64,000 bases of DNA. It comes from Octopus sinensis (Eukaryota). Both the position numbers and the translations under genes were made by a program. This document shows positions 49,872-63,469 of this stretch, piece by piece. The DNA lies in contig NC_042997.1 of assembly GCF_006345805.1 (NCBI RefSeq), forward strand, positions 73,594,001 through 73,658,000, given 5' to 3'. The number at the start of each line of letters is the position of its first letter. Positions within the stretch are counted from its first letter, which is position 1. The notes below the pieces were generated by a model that searched no databases, had not been told where the DNA came from, and saw only the letters and a program-made list of their open reading frames with translations.

Positions 49872-50744
49872 TATATATATACATACATACATACATACAT
49901 ACATACATACATGTTCATAGACACTGAGTAAGAAAGAAGGAAACATGATGCAACAAAATGACCCCGAATGTTTACAAAAAGAACGGCGTATATGCGTTGT
50001 TTCTGAAATCAATACATTCCCTAAAGCTGATTGATTCGATATTTCTCTCGCCTCTTTGCAAATATAATTGTCTGATCGTAGAGGCTTTGTATTTTCTTTC
50101 ATGTAAAATCTCTTATAACTGCCAAAGTTTTAGAGGCTACGTCTTGATAATATTATCTTTATATCACATAGTTCTCATCGGTTGTAATGACAACTAAAAA
50201 AACGATATAATTAATACAAATACGTCTCACCCAGCATAAGAAATAATAAAAGCAATTGGTATTAACTTAGAACATTCACTTATACACAAAATAGATACTA
50301 GAATACATGATATAGTGGCCAAAGTAAATTTAATTAAATAGACTGTGACCGTAGTGATGAGAACAAATCGTTATCTTAATGATCAATTCTAGTCAAGAGC
50401 CGGGTCTTAGCTTCGGGAATTAAGTAAATTAATATTAATCTAATACGGAATACATTGGAGATTGAGGTTGATCTTTTACATTTCAGAAATAACTGGACAT
50501 GTATTCATCAGTTTAAATCTCGTTGATAAAGCCTAGACTAACCATTACTGATCGATCTTGGAATGGCCAGAAAACATAGGATTTTCGTAAACCAACTTGG
50601 TAGTATTATAATTCGAAATAACAACTGGAAAATTTTCTAGGGATGACTTCTGCAAAAAAACAAAAAACAATAGTGATTTAAATGCCAACGTACATGAAGT
50701 GCGAACTTTTAATTCTAAAATTACACAATTAGTATTTTTCTTTG

Positions 50745-51079
50745 GAAAATTACTATTTTAAAATCTCACAACAAGAGATACTCAGCAACAGCACTTTGTA
50801 GTAAAGATTGTGTGCCAACATAACATGGCAGTCCTGGTTTAGGAAATCGCGATAAACAGATATAGTTTTGAGCTGAGTTGGGGTGCTAGATTCCCTTGTT
50901 CGAAAATATAAGGACACAATTTGTGTCGTATAGCCAGCTGGGAATGATGTCTCCTGGGGCTAAATTACAGCAACATTCGTCCTAAACCAGGACTTCCACG
51001 TTATGTTGGCAAACAATCTTTACGACAAAATACTGTTGCTGAATATCTCTCGTTGTGAGATTTAAAAATAGTAATTTTC
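50745..51079. mobile_element. MITE-like foldback element with ~100-bp terminal inverted repeats
   Basis: 50745-50844 (gaaaattactatttt…cagcaacagc…gtcctggtttagga) pairs with 50980-51079. No ORF. Confidence 0.8.
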
Positions 51080-51262
51080 TTATTTATAGATCAGTGACTA
51101 GTTATCAAATTGAAAACTATATATTAGAAAATTATATATTTCGAACAGGAATTTGTCAGCGCAACCTCAACCAGAACAATTTTGTGTTGTTTTTGCGAAG
51201 AACTCTAGCCGAATTTTTTGTGCGAGGCCACCATTGTTGGGTGGTAGTGAATAACTGGGAAA

Positions 51263-52500
51263 AATGAGAAGTTATGCTGAAGCTACTGGAGATCGAGTTC
51301 CCCTAGACCCACAGGAGATGTCATCGTGGAACGGAGAGCTGAGAAAGAAATTAGTAGTATGGTAGAGAAGGAAGGGTCAAATATAAAAATGACCCTGTCA
51401 GAGGAGGAAAAAGTGAAAACGGAAAAGAAGACGGTCATATTCAGAACATTTTCGAATAAAAGCAGAAGAATTGAACACGCACCGCAGGTAAAAAATAGAA
51501 GAAAGTTTGGAAGAATATATAGGAGACAGCATAACGTTCTTTACGAGAGGAAAGAGATATGCGTCGATAGTGGTAACCTTTATATCGGAAGAGAAGGCAG
51601 AAAAGGCCTCCAATAGGCAGATACAGGGAGAAAAATGGATTTTGATACCAAACTGTTTGGACAAAAGAATTATCAGAATTAAGGTGGGAAGAATTCTACC
51701 GTGGATAGACCTAGAATGGATAGTAGCTGCAATTACTTATTCGGAGATGAGGAAGGAAAGTGAAGACATGGAAGACGGGCATGATAAGCCGAACCCAACA
51801 AGTGAAGTGCTGGTACTACGGATTAGAGATAATTTGTGCAGTGAGCCCGAAATATTACAACGAAATACCTGAAACTTTAGACCTACCAAATGAAGAAAAG
51901 CTGGAGATAATGTTGGAGGGGAGACCCCAAAAGTGTTACGAATGTGGTGAAAGAGGGCACTTGAGAAAGAAATGCCTTAGAGCAGCAGTAGAAATGGTAG
52001 ATGAGAGTATTCAGGAGAATATAATGGCGGAGAAACAGCAGAAACAGATAACAGAACAAGATGGGAATTTAGCGAAGATGAAAGCAAGAAAAAGAGAGAG
52101 AAGGAGTTCACCAACAATAGTGGAATTGAAGAAGTACAAAGTAATGGAAGAGGTAACCCAAACTACAACGAGAAACGGGGAATATTTACCAGTAGGATCA
52201 CCAGTAAAAGACTTACAAGTACAGAAACATTCAGACCCGCAGACACTCAAACACATTACGGAGACCTAAAGACACAGACACACAGACGAAGCACACAGAA
52301 TTACAGACACACAGGCACACAAATACACAAAAACAAAGACATACAGATACAATCGCAGGAAAGCCATAAACTGCAGAAATACAGAGACAAAAAGCGCCAA
52401 CAAGCAAAAAACAAACAGAAATAAGATTTATTGTGAAATTAGGGACACCCAAAGTTAAAAGAATTTCAAAATTGAAAGACATTAAGAAAGAGTGAACCCA
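51263..52500 (+). pseudogene. Orphan Tx1-type ORF1 remnant
   Basis: MRSYAEATG…; KWILIPNCLDKRIIRIKVGRILPWIDLEWIVAAI; LEIMLEGRPQKCYECGERGHLRKKC (CCHC). Frameshifted, with no ORF2 following. Confidence 0.8.
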
Positions 52501-52599
52501 CTGAGGCCGGAGGTGGATGTTGAACCTCGTGCCTCGGTGGTGAATTGTGTGGACGGAAAGGAGAAGATGAAGTGGTAAGTAGTGATTAATTTTAAAGAC

Positions 52600-55500
52600 T
52601 ATGAAATATTCCTTTATTGCCCACTAAGGGCCGACAAAAATGGGAACAACACAACTTGATTTGGCATCAGATGTTCGATATGTAATTACAATAAAAATGA
52701 AGTTAAAAATTAAAGCATATATAAGCGAATGATTATACATTACAAAAGGGCAATACAAATGGAGTGGTGTTTGGGTTCAGCCCCGACCCCACGAGCCCCA
52801 GTCCACATTTTTGACACTTTATAGGATATTCACGAGGTTCCATTCACTCGCAACACTCGTGCTACATATTTCCATCTTACGTTGAACATTTTCTCCGACT
52901 GAGACCTCTTCTGCAGTCGCATTTTCCTTTTCAGGTGGAAAGCGAAATACCTTTGTAAGGGGCGGCCGGAGATAATGTTTCCTGTCTTCACTCCTCTCAT
53001 CCTTGTCTTTCACTATTGCTACTACGACGAGAAAACATTTTTTACCTTTATGTGTTAAAAATCCAGTTGGGTCAATTTTTATGATTGACTCAGCCAACAA
53101 CTGTACTCTCCCTGTGCCGAACAACAGATGTTCCGCATAAGCCCATATTTCCGATACTTCTGGACACTGAACAATAGCGTACAGGACGGTTTCTCTATCC
53201 CGCACACATCTTAGATAGGCCGGTGATTGGCGTTTACCATGTCTTGCAAGCTTATCCCAAACGGGCAAGGCACTTCTGTAACATTGCCAGGTCAAGGACT
53301 TTTGGAAATTATCCAACGACCTCAACCCGAACGTAAGAAGGAACAGACTGTCAAGTTGAATATACCCGAGACCCAGAGTCTACCCCCAGGCTATCGTCAC
53401 ATTCAGCCTCTGCTAACCCTCTATAGAAGAATGCTGTAGAACCCCAACCGCTGGCATTACCCGAGCGATGGAATAGCAAGAGGGTCATACGGCACTCCGT
53501 ATGCCATGCACTCAACCTCGATCTACGAAAACACCAGTCTTCCCGTCCGTAAATATTAACGAACACGGGGAACATCTGTCTTGCTAGGGGAGACCACACC
53601 CGCTCACCATCCAGGAGAATCCAGAGATGCCTCATCCTCAACGCATGTCTGCGCATCATCAACCAAGGTATCCTTATTCCTCTCTTTAACGGTCTTTGAC
53701 AACAGATAGAGCGTCTCACAAGTAGTGACGTGTTCTTCCACAAAAAGCGGAAGAGCTGTCTCTTCAACTTGATTAACTACGAATTCGAGCAAGGGACGTC
53801 GGTCAGGCGGTAGGTAATGATCGATGCGATAATCACACTGGCCACCTCCGACCTCCCTTTCAGGGATAGCCACCGCGAAGACCAGGTCTTGACTACGGAG
53901 GCCACCCTGCTCAAAACCTCAGATCAGTTCTTCTCTATCTGGAGATCTGGTCCAAACCAGACCTCTAGCAACTTAACCGGTCCCTCAGTGCAGCGTCCAA
54001 CGGCGCTATCTGAAGGCATCGACTTGCCCCTCTAGCTGCCGAGTTGCAAGCCGACTGATTTTCCCCGGTTAATCTTTGCTCCTTCCATAGTCTCGTAAAC
54101 CTCAATAGCCTTGCCTACTTCAAGTAGGCGTGCCATTGTGGTCACGCTAATAGTGACGTCATCCGCAAAAGTTGAAACAAATGCCTCATATCCTGGCTCT
54201 CTCGGTATGTCACTCATTCAGTTGTGATACAACTGAATGATCCACCTAAGGAAGCGAAGACCTAGGCCAAACTGTGCAAGAACAGTCACCAGGTACCAAT
54301 GGTCAACCCTATCGAAAGCTTTAGCTTGGTTTAAATGTACCAATGCCGCATCTCTGCTAGATTTATCCCCAAACCTCTCTAAGGTATAGCGGATAAGGCA
54401 GAGATTATCCTGAATGGTTCTGCTGGGAATGGTACATGGCTGTGCCCCCCCCCCCGATCAGACCATCCGCGACACGCGCCAACCGTTTTGCTAATACCTA
54501 GGCCAAAATCTTCACTTCTGCATTTAACAGAGTGATGGGCCTAAAATTACCTAAACAGTCCCCCTTGTCCGAGTCCTTTCTGATTAGTGCCACCACTCGC
54601 CGGCGTACAGATCTGGGGATAAACCTATTCTGTTGCCAGTTCGCGTACACATTGCCCAGCAGGTGCCCGAACAAGTCTGGCATACACTTATACAGCTCGT
54701 AGTGAAGACCATCCAGTCCCGGCGACCTACCCACACCACTGTCCACGATAGCATCAATCACCTCCCAGGCGTGATCGGTCCTTCACAAGACTCTACATCC
54801 GGTCTTGAGAGGCGCGGCTGCCCGGCAAGGAAGCCCTCAATGTCTTCCCTACAGCCACCCCCGAACAGCCGGGCGACGTACTCCTAAAAGGCCTCACACA
54901 TTTCCTCAGGTTCGTTTACCAATACACCTTGATAATTCACCATCGACTGAATAGTGGAGTCATTTCCACCTCTCGGGCCCATCCAGCGGTCTTGATTTCT
55001 TCACAGCCCACTGCACGCATGTAAGCTCTGACAATGTACCCCATCTGTTGGGCTTTGAGATGCTGGTTCAATTCCAGTCTCTTCACCTTCACTTTGTCCG
55101 CATTGCCAGTCCTCATGGCTTCCTCTAAATTCTTTACTAGACCATTTCCTTTCTTACGTTTCCTTTTAACTAGATCTATTCTACATCTAATAGACTCATA
55201 TTTTATGGATCGTTTTAGAGCGTACCATCATTTTTTATTAATGATGGTACCTGTTAACACCCTCCTCTGAATTAACTGCTTAATCCGCTTTCTGTACTCT
55301 TCAATCGCCAAAAGGGAGTATTGAGTTTCCAGTAACCAGATCCCTGTCTATGCATCTTATCTACGTTCAGCTTACAAGCAACCATTTTGTGGTCACTCTA
55401 GCTGACTGGATAAAACTGTGGACACTTAACTATACCCTTATCTACCTTTCTAATCAAAATTCTATCTAATTATGATCGGGAAGACCCGTCGCTTCTTGAC

Positions 55501-57050
55501 CTTGTCCACAATGGAGCGTCCGAGTGTTCCAAACTATATGGGTCTGATAGCTGAAAGTGGCATAGCAGAACCCGAAAGCCAGGGTTACATGCCCTATCCG
55601 GTCTCGAGCCAACACAATCTACGTGATCATCGCAGATTGTGTTAAAGTCCCCTAACAGAACTAAAGAATGCGAGGTGGCTAGAAATTTCCTTAGGCCACG
55701 AAAATATTCACTGTGTAGACCAATAAGATTGGGTGCATAACCTGCAACCAGCCTGACTGACTTGCTGCAACTGAAAGTCAAGTCCAAAACGACCAGCCTG
55801 CCTTCTTGATCAGAAAAAAAATCAACTTTTTCTCGGAAACACGGTTTCTTTTTAATAGGACCAACACCCCACTCCTAACTCCCGCCCAACACGTAGAAAC
55901 GTATTTCTCGTAGCCGTTCAAGAAGGGGAACAGATTTCTTGGTCCACTCAATGAGGTTTCTGTAGCAATAATTACTTCTAAATCCCGCGACACGATGTCA
56001 TTTAGGAAGCGTCCTTACTTCCAACTCGACATCAGGCCACGTACATTCAAACAACCAATGTGAATAGCCATAAAGTTGTCTTACCTTTTTAATTTGAATT
56101 ATCAGGTGGAGGGGGAGTCTCCACCTTTTTCTTTTCTTCCTCTCGTGGGATCGGGACCGGTAATCCATGAAATATAGAATTATTAAAGTCCATTCTAATT
56201 GTTGATACTGTCTTACGATATTTGTTCTGTAAAGTTCTATGAGTCTTATTTGAGACTTCATACGCATATCAGTTGGTAAATTTCTCCGAAATGTTATGAA
56301 TTCTTTTTTTTTTTGCAGTCTTTATCAATTGAATGTCTCTCATTAGCTTGGTGTCTTTGGTATATACGGCTATTATGCCTTTTTCCTCTTTCTCTCTTCT
56401 GGCAGTCTTTTTTGGTCGTTGGTCTGTAGTAGTCACCGTTCTCTGTTGAGTTGCTGATTGTATTTTTCTTTTGTTTGTTGTTTTCTTCTTCTTCTTCTTC
56501 TTCTTCTTCTTCTTCTTCTTCTTCTTCTTCTTCTTCTTCTTCTTCTTCTTCTTCTTCTTCTTCTTCTTCCTCTCTTCCTCCTCTTCTTCCCCTTCCTTGC
56601 AATTCTTCCGAATGTGGCCTAAATGTCCGCACAAAAAATATTGGGGGTTTCGGCCCTCAACAAACACTATGAGGGCCTCCTCCCCTATCTCAGTTTTCTC
56701 TGGAATCGCTTCAATTGTTTTAGGTTCCGCTTGAATGAGGAGATTGACTGACTAGTCCAGTTAGGTTTTTCGCTGAAAGCGGCTTGGAGGAGAGTAATTT
56801 TCTCTTCCTGGTTGATTAGGACTGCCGCTACCAACCACATAGGATCCACTTCCAGTGGGACCCTTGTGATTTTAATTCTGGACGTTCTCATCCACATATA
56901 GGTGGGGATGAGCGCCACGTCGTCCGTCTGTCATCAGCGTTTCTACTGAATGTCTTCGTGCTATTTCTTTGTTGGTAAACCTTACTTCTACCGTTCCAAA
57001 TTTCTTGCCTGTTGTCAGATAAACCACGTCGCTCTAGATTGGCTTCAGGC
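52600..57050 (-). mobile_element. Old Tx1-type LINE (third family), ORF1 + ORF2 with stops; not GATA-flanked
   Basis: ORF2 starts MAIHIGCLNVRGL (~56068), with GDFN, NFRPITLLNAEVKILA, FADDVT and HAI-type CCHC. ORF1 has YFLCGHLGHIRKNC and a (GAA)n expansion. 3' end AATAAAggaatatttcatag. Confidence 0.85.
56483..56590. repeat. (TTC)n microsatellite inside ORF1
   Basis: Direct reading. Confidence 0.95.
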
Positions 57051-57599
57051 ACTTCTCTATCTTCTGTTCTGTAATTTTCTCAATTATTCTTTTTTCCAAA
57101 CAGCATGTTTTGAATATGATTATTTTCTATTTTTCTTCTAAAAATAATTTTTCCAGTAGTTGTATTTTAACCACATTATCGTTTATTTGTGTCAGTTCAC
57201 TGTATTTCTTAAAAGCACACTTCTTCGTCGAAGCAGCCGGGTTCTACCCCAGCTGCCGACGCAAAACTTTTTTTCCCTCTTTCGTTTCTTCGACTTGAAT
57301 GCTAGGTACATCAATTATTCTTTTAGATATAATACTTTTGTTTTTTCGGCAAACTCAGAAATTCTCTTTGTGAAAGCTCTGACGGGCTTTCTGAAACATC
57401 TCCAAATAATTCAGACACGCATTTTTTGTTGAATCAATTAAAACCCAAAAGAAGGATAATATAATCTTATTAATTTATAGAATAGAAATTATGCTATATA
57501 TGATTTCCTTCAATGATCCAATCGAAATTTTATCTATTTATGTATGTATTTTCATTAAACTTTACATGGAAGAAGCTTTCCGACATCTTCGTAAACTCT

Positions 57600-58130
57600 G
57601 TGTTCTATTGCCTCCTGCCCTCCGATCCAACCAGTTGCACGTGTCCTCCATCATCTGGGACTTCATCTAGACTCCTGCACACCCCACTACAGCAACCAGC
57701 CTCACTGTCCAAACACCTCGCTCCTCCATTTCCTCCTCCAAACACATGAGTCTAACAACTCTGCCATCCCATTATTTCTGCCTGTAAATGCCTTACTGAA
57801 TTTATTTTAAATATCTGGACCTCACCCATACCTCCTCAGTCGCTTCGTTTTCGTTTCACATCTACGATACCAATCATACCCTTTGCATGTTCAGCCCCTT
57901 TTCCTTTCCGGCTGGACAATTTCGCCTCCTCTTTACCATGGACATCCAATCACCCAACAGCGTTATCCCCGCAATCACGGTCTCCTGCCCCTCCCCCCCC
58001 CCCCCCAATATTCCTCAACCATCGCACTGTCCTCGAATCCGACACATCTACAGTTTCCTGCCTCGCTGAACTAGTTCTCACTCTCAGTTATTTTTTTTAC
58101 CATGTAACGACACCACACCTATGGTTTTCT
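57600..58130 (+). mobile_element. Penelope-like RT remnant
   Basis: CHPIISACKCLTEFI (GRPIVSACxCPTExI) and LFTMDIQS (LFTMDVxSLY). Heavily decayed. Confidence 0.65.
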
Positions 58131-58321
58131 CCAGACAATCTCCCTCTTCACCCTTTTCCTATTCGCTGGAATTTTTCATCTATCCGTAGAAGACCCGTAC
58201 TCGAAACATCCTATTTTTCCATCCAAAACATTCATGAACATCAGTCTAATATAAACATTGTATATGTTCAATTGACAGTTGCTGTTTTTCCTGTCTTCTT
58301 GTTCTTGGATTAGCCGATATT

Positions 58322-58411
58322 TACACACACAAACACACACACACACGCACGCACACACACACGCACGCACACACACACACACACACACTCGCGCGCACAC
58401 ACACACACACA

Positions 58412-58459
<48 letters not shown>

Positions 58460-58462
58460 ACA
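58322..58462. repeat. (CA)n microsatellite
   Basis: Direct reading. Confidence 0.95.
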
Positions 58463-58465
58463 TTT

Positions 58466-58784
58466 ATTGTACGATACAAATAAGAAGATATTTTCCGAAC
58501 GCAGAATTGCCGTTAGCACAGCAGAAATACTGGGTAAATTAACTTTGCAAAGCAGAAAATTTGTCAACAAACCCACATCCCCCAAGATTCCTGCAGAGTG
58601 CTTTATATTTACATACACGTAGTTGTCCATTTAGTTATTTAGCGTCTAAATTTGTGGATAAAGTTATCAGCAGGCTGTGTATTGATAACCTTTTCCGCTT
58701 TGTAAGGGCAATTTACCCGGTATTTCTGCTGTTCTAACGGCAATTCTGCGTTCGAAAAAAATCATCTTATTTGTATCGTACAAT
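58466..58784. mobile_element. MITE-like foldback element with ~95-bp terminal inverted repeats
   Basis: 58466-58559 (attgtacgatacaaataagaagat…gcagaaaa) pairs with 58691-58784. Confidence 0.8.
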
Positions 58785-58820
58785 GCACATTTGCACGCTT
58801 ATCTAAAACAAATGTTTATT

Positions 58821-58945
<125 letters not shown>

Positions 58946-59489
58946 TTTGTATGTATGTATTTTGCTGAATCAGCCATAGATTCATATGGTAAGTATATAT
59001 ACTAACATTCAGGATTTATCCGAACCATCTACCAATAGAGTAGTCACTACTTGTAACTGTCCAGCTGTGGGGTGGTTATATCCCCTGTCAGTATTTTAAA
59101 ATGTGCTTTCTTGCGGCTGTAAGGGTTTTTTAAATCTTATTTCTAACAATATAGATGCTACCCGGCACCCTCAGTCACAATTAGTAACAACTGAATTTTT
59201 CGTTTTGGGTTTTGTATCGCGTATAGCTGCCTTCGTTATTTTATATATGTGTGTGTGTGTTTGTGTGTTTGAGCGCGCGTGTGTTTATACGTCTGTGTGT
59301 GTATGTATATATGTATGTATATATGTATGTATGTCTATTATTTTTTTTATTATTATAAATCTTCCAGTGATGAGGGAGCCGGTTTCCAACAAAGATACAA
59401 GGCTCCATCTTTGGAATGCAGTTAACACATGCAAATTCACATTTGGAACATGAGAAAAGTCTTGCACATGTTATTTTATTCATGTAATT

Positions 59490-59592
59490 AAGTATGTATG
59501 TATGTATGTATGTATGTATGTATGTATGTATGTATGTATGCATGCATGCATGTATGTATGTATGTATGTATGTATGCATGCATGTATGTATC
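59490..59592. repeat. (TATG)n microsatellite
   Basis: Direct reading. Confidence 0.95.
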
Positions 59593-60609
59593 TGTAAAAT
59601 ACATAAATCGCATGTGAGCAAATGCATAAGGAGTTAAATAAAAATCTTAGATTATTTTTCATATGTCATCTGTCAATTAATAATTACCTTTAAAATATAG
59701 ACATGTGTTGTATGTCCAATTCATACACTAGTCATAACCAAATGCGATCTCATTAAGGACCTCATTAGCAAATTGATAGTGAGAAACTAAAATGGAGTGA
59801 GCACTCTTTTATTTACCACAAGTTTCCACAAAATAATGCAAACACTTTCAGTAATTATGTTTCTATAATAACTGATTTCCTGCAAGCTGAGTTGCTTTCG
59901 ATAATTCTCGCATTTTTCCAAATCTAATTGTTTGATTACGCAGGATCCAGTAAGTATTTTCAATGAAAGAGCATGAAAATATTGCAGCGTTATTAATGAG
60001 AGTCAACGTTTTCTAGTCATTTGCAAAACTGAAAACTATTTATATCAATCTATATGTAATTCTATTCTGGCATAGAATCTATGCCAGTAAAGTATATATA
60101 TACTAGCATGGAAACACAAATTCACTACATTTCGTTTATACACAAACATTTTGCATATGCCTTCTTTACATTAAATAGATCCTCTACATAGTCACTCGAC
60201 CATCTAGAAATAGCTATGATAAATCGCAGGCATATAAAACTCCTCCTACTTTAAAAAGAAAAATATGGCATATGTTATTTTATTCATGTAATTAACTAAC
60301 ATCCAGATCAGATACGAGTAAAAGTAGCAGAAAGCAAAAAGAAAACAACAAAAAGCATACAAAGCGCTAATTACGCATGGTTTATACTGCGAAGGTAAGA
60401 GAAGCGAGTCGACTTTTCGCGCAGTGAAAAGGAATAAAAAATACCTCTTAATTCAAGGATATGAAGTGAGTGGATGAAAGACAAGAAGTTAATGGAATTA
60501 AGTTGTTTTTCAGCGGAGTAGAAAACAATAGAAGGAATCAGGATGTCAAAAGTAGTAAGAAAAAAAGAGGTATGTTTAAAAATAGGTTTGTGTGCGCTTG
60601 AAAGAGGAT

Positions 60610-60632
60610 TGTGTGTGTGTGAGAGAGAGAGA

Positions 60633-60663
<31 letters not shown>

Positions 60664-60702
60664 TGAGTGAGTGAGTGAGTGAGTGAGTGAGTGAGTGAGT
60701 GA
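60610..60702. repeat. (GT)/(GA)/(GAGT)n compound microsatellite
   Basis: Direct reading. Confidence 0.95.
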
Positions 60703-60999
60703 ATGACAAGTACGGATGTAAAATGGTATGCGATAGAATAAATGTAAAATGTGTCAGTAAGGTTGTGTGAAAACTCGCGCGCGCGAATTTCTGCAAAGCG
60801 ATTAGAGCAGAATTTTGATGTGTGACATGTGCAGATTGTTGATGTGTTGTGCGATGGATATTGAATATAAGGGAAATATAAATGAAGTATGTTTATATAT
60901 GTGTGTATGTAAGCAAAACGGAATTGTGAGAGTGAGCAATATTATGAATGAATGTATATGTCTGTGTATTATGAATAAAGTGTCATAGTATAGTGCCTC

Positions 61000-61600
61000 A
61001 ATATGTGATACACGAGTATTAAAGTGTGTGAGACCATTTATCTAGGACACATGTGGTTGGGGATTTGGACATGAATGTGGTGTGTGGGTGGAGAGAAAAT
61101 AGTGGTGAGGTAGAAATAGAGGTAAGATTTTTGAGGAAATCGAGTCTACTGTTAATACAAGCGAGTATAGATGAGTTTAAGATGGGAAACAGGAGTGTCA
61201 TAGTGTTGCATAATTTTTCTAGACAGTGAGATGCGGTTAGCAGTGGCCCGTATAATTGAAGTGTTTGAGTAATCCGGTGTTCTCGCAGTGGATTTCCAAC
61301 AATTCTTCCCTAAAATGATCAGTCAATCGGTGCTCAGTTTTCGCTGTTCACCGAAAGGTGCAGTGAAATAGACTGTAGTAAATTATAAGCTAGTTTTAGG
61401 AGTCATGCCCTGATGCGACGGAAAATGGAACAAGTGTTGCAACGGAATTTGTAGCGGCTAGAGTCTGTGTTAATTGAAGTGAGGAGCAAAGGAAAATTGT
61501 TCAGATTGCGGTTGAATCCGAAGAAAGAGATCATGAGATAAGTTGTAATTAAGGATAAGTCCCAGTAAAACTGAAGATGTTTGCAGTTAAATTTATAAAC
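61000..61600 (-). mobile_element. Penelope-like GIY-YIG endonuclease remnant
   Basis: Minus-strand TEHRLTDHFREELLEIH..LLKHFNYTGHC*PHLTV resembles the PLE motif TxRRLxDRFREH…HFxxxGH. Decayed. Confidence 0.5.
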
Positions 61601-62099
61601 TCACGAACAAAGTACTAATGATCAATACGGTTGAATTCATGCATTGATTCATGAAAGCTGTAAATTTTAATACTGTTATAGTTGGTACACATATATGATA
61701 CGCTCAAGCTAGCTCACTATGCTTCTTACAACGAGAAATTATGGTACATTACAGCACACAACACATCACAAATCTAGATACTAAAACAAAAGTATAATTA
61801 AACAAAAGCATCTCTTTTTACAGAATTCCCCACACAAATAGATTATTAATGATGGTAAATATATTCTTAGCACAGCACGGAGCCCAAATAAAACGCATAG
61901 ACAGCATACAGTAATCGCAGATTAAAATAAACACACGAATGCTGACGTATAAAGCTAATGATGAAACTTCAAATTCTAGCTACTGTCTACATTCACATTA
62001 TTCCTGCTTAATATAAAGAGCCAAAAACATACAACTACTTTGTAAATCCATGCTTGGTGAGGAATTATATTTTTCTAGACACAGAGTATGGTACACATA

Positions 62100-62232
62100 A
62101 GAAAACACACACACACACGCACACACACATACACATACACAAGCATCTATATATATATATACATACATACATACATACATACATACATACATACATACAT
62201 ACATACATACATACATACATACATACATACAA
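62100..62232. repeat. (CA)n/(TACA)n microsatellite
   Basis: Direct reading. Confidence 0.95.
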
Positions 62233-62289
62233 ACAAGCATCTAATACACTTGCTTCTTGTTCATACACCTGTCTTCGTCTTTTGTTGTG

Positions 62290-62950
62290 GTAACCATGTT
62301 GCCAGCTTTAAGACAATCAATAATCTTTGGCAGATTTGGCAACTAAAGGAGGATAAAACGAAGTACAGCATTAAATGGTCCGTAGTAAGGTATGCAAAAC
62401 CATGTAATATAATTTGCAGCAGATCCCATCTCTGCTCCGAGGAATCCCTGTCTATTCTGTGGACTAACGAGAAGATAATTAATAGAATTTCTGAACGATT
62501 CTCGAGATACCTACACGCATATAAATGTACTTTTGTACAATGCAATGAGAATGAATTTTGAGTAACCGTTAACTTAATTTAATTTACTTTAAGGTATGGA
62601 TGACTTCAGTTTACTTTTAACGTCCCCATTCTTATAAACACCAAGTAAATAACTAACTCGCTTTGTCATCATAAGTGTGCCAAACCTCACCTGAGCGTAT
62701 GCTCACATTTTTGCGGATGCTTGTATGAGCGAGTGTACTCGCGCCATGCAGCTTGCCCGAAGGCGTTTATACATCCATATCTGTTAACGGTTATTTGCAA
62801 TACTTTTCTCGCTGGATTGCGTATTCGTTTCTCTTTTTGTCATCTGCGATATTATTTTTGATCTATATAAATGAAGATATTTTCTCCGTCTCGCTGGAAT
62901 GTTTCCTCCGTCTAATGGAAAGTTACATTGCGGAACAGTCAATTTAACGA
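62290..62950 (+). mobile_element. Penelope-like element 3' remnant (GIY-YIG C-terminus + terminal region)
   Basis: IWQLKEDKTKYSIKWSVVRYAKP..CSRSHLCSEESLSI..INRISE..RYLH (IWxLK..IxW..CxLCxxE..LNxRxE..CRH). A decayed hammerhead-like stem gcgag[tgta]ctcgc lies at ~62720-62750. Confidence 0.7.
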
Positions 62951-62967
62951 GTTGTATTTATTTATTT

Positions 62968-63073
62968 ATCACCTGAAGAGATACGTCTGCACCACTGGAT
63001 GCTCCTGAACCAGTTGATGAGTTTCCCATCCAAGAGGAATCGATGCTAGTTGTGTCGAAACAATTGTCGTGAT
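62968..63073 (+). ncRNA. Type-I hammerhead ribozyme with long stem-II insertion (predicted cleavage after 63068)
   Basis: AUCAC-CUGAAGA-GAUAC[~67 nt incl. UGGAUG/CAUCCA]GUGUC-GAAAC-aauu-GUC-GUGAU. Canonical core with palindromic stem III ACAAUUGU. Confidence 0.75.
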
Positions 63074-63114
63074 TAATAATAAATTCTCGTATGTTTCATC
63101 TTGTCTTTCCTTTG

Positions 63115-63115
63115 T

Positions 63116-63192
<77 letters not shown>

Positions 63193-63360
63193 CTGTGTGT
63201 GTGTGTGTCTGTGTGTGTCTGTGTGTGTGTATACATATATATATACATATGTGTATACATATATATATATACATATGTATATACATATATATATATACAT
63301 ATATATATATATACACACACGCACACACATATATATATATATATATATACATATATATGA
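63115..63360. repeat. (TA)/(TG)/(CA) compound microsatellite
   Basis: Direct reading. Confidence 0.95.
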
Positions 63361-63469
63361 AGACAAATATTACTTAACATGTAAGGTAAATTCCTGATTT
63401 ATTGGCATTATCTCTGCTTGCAAGGAGTGTATGCCAAACGTTTAGCGGCAGTTGAAACCAAATCCAAAT

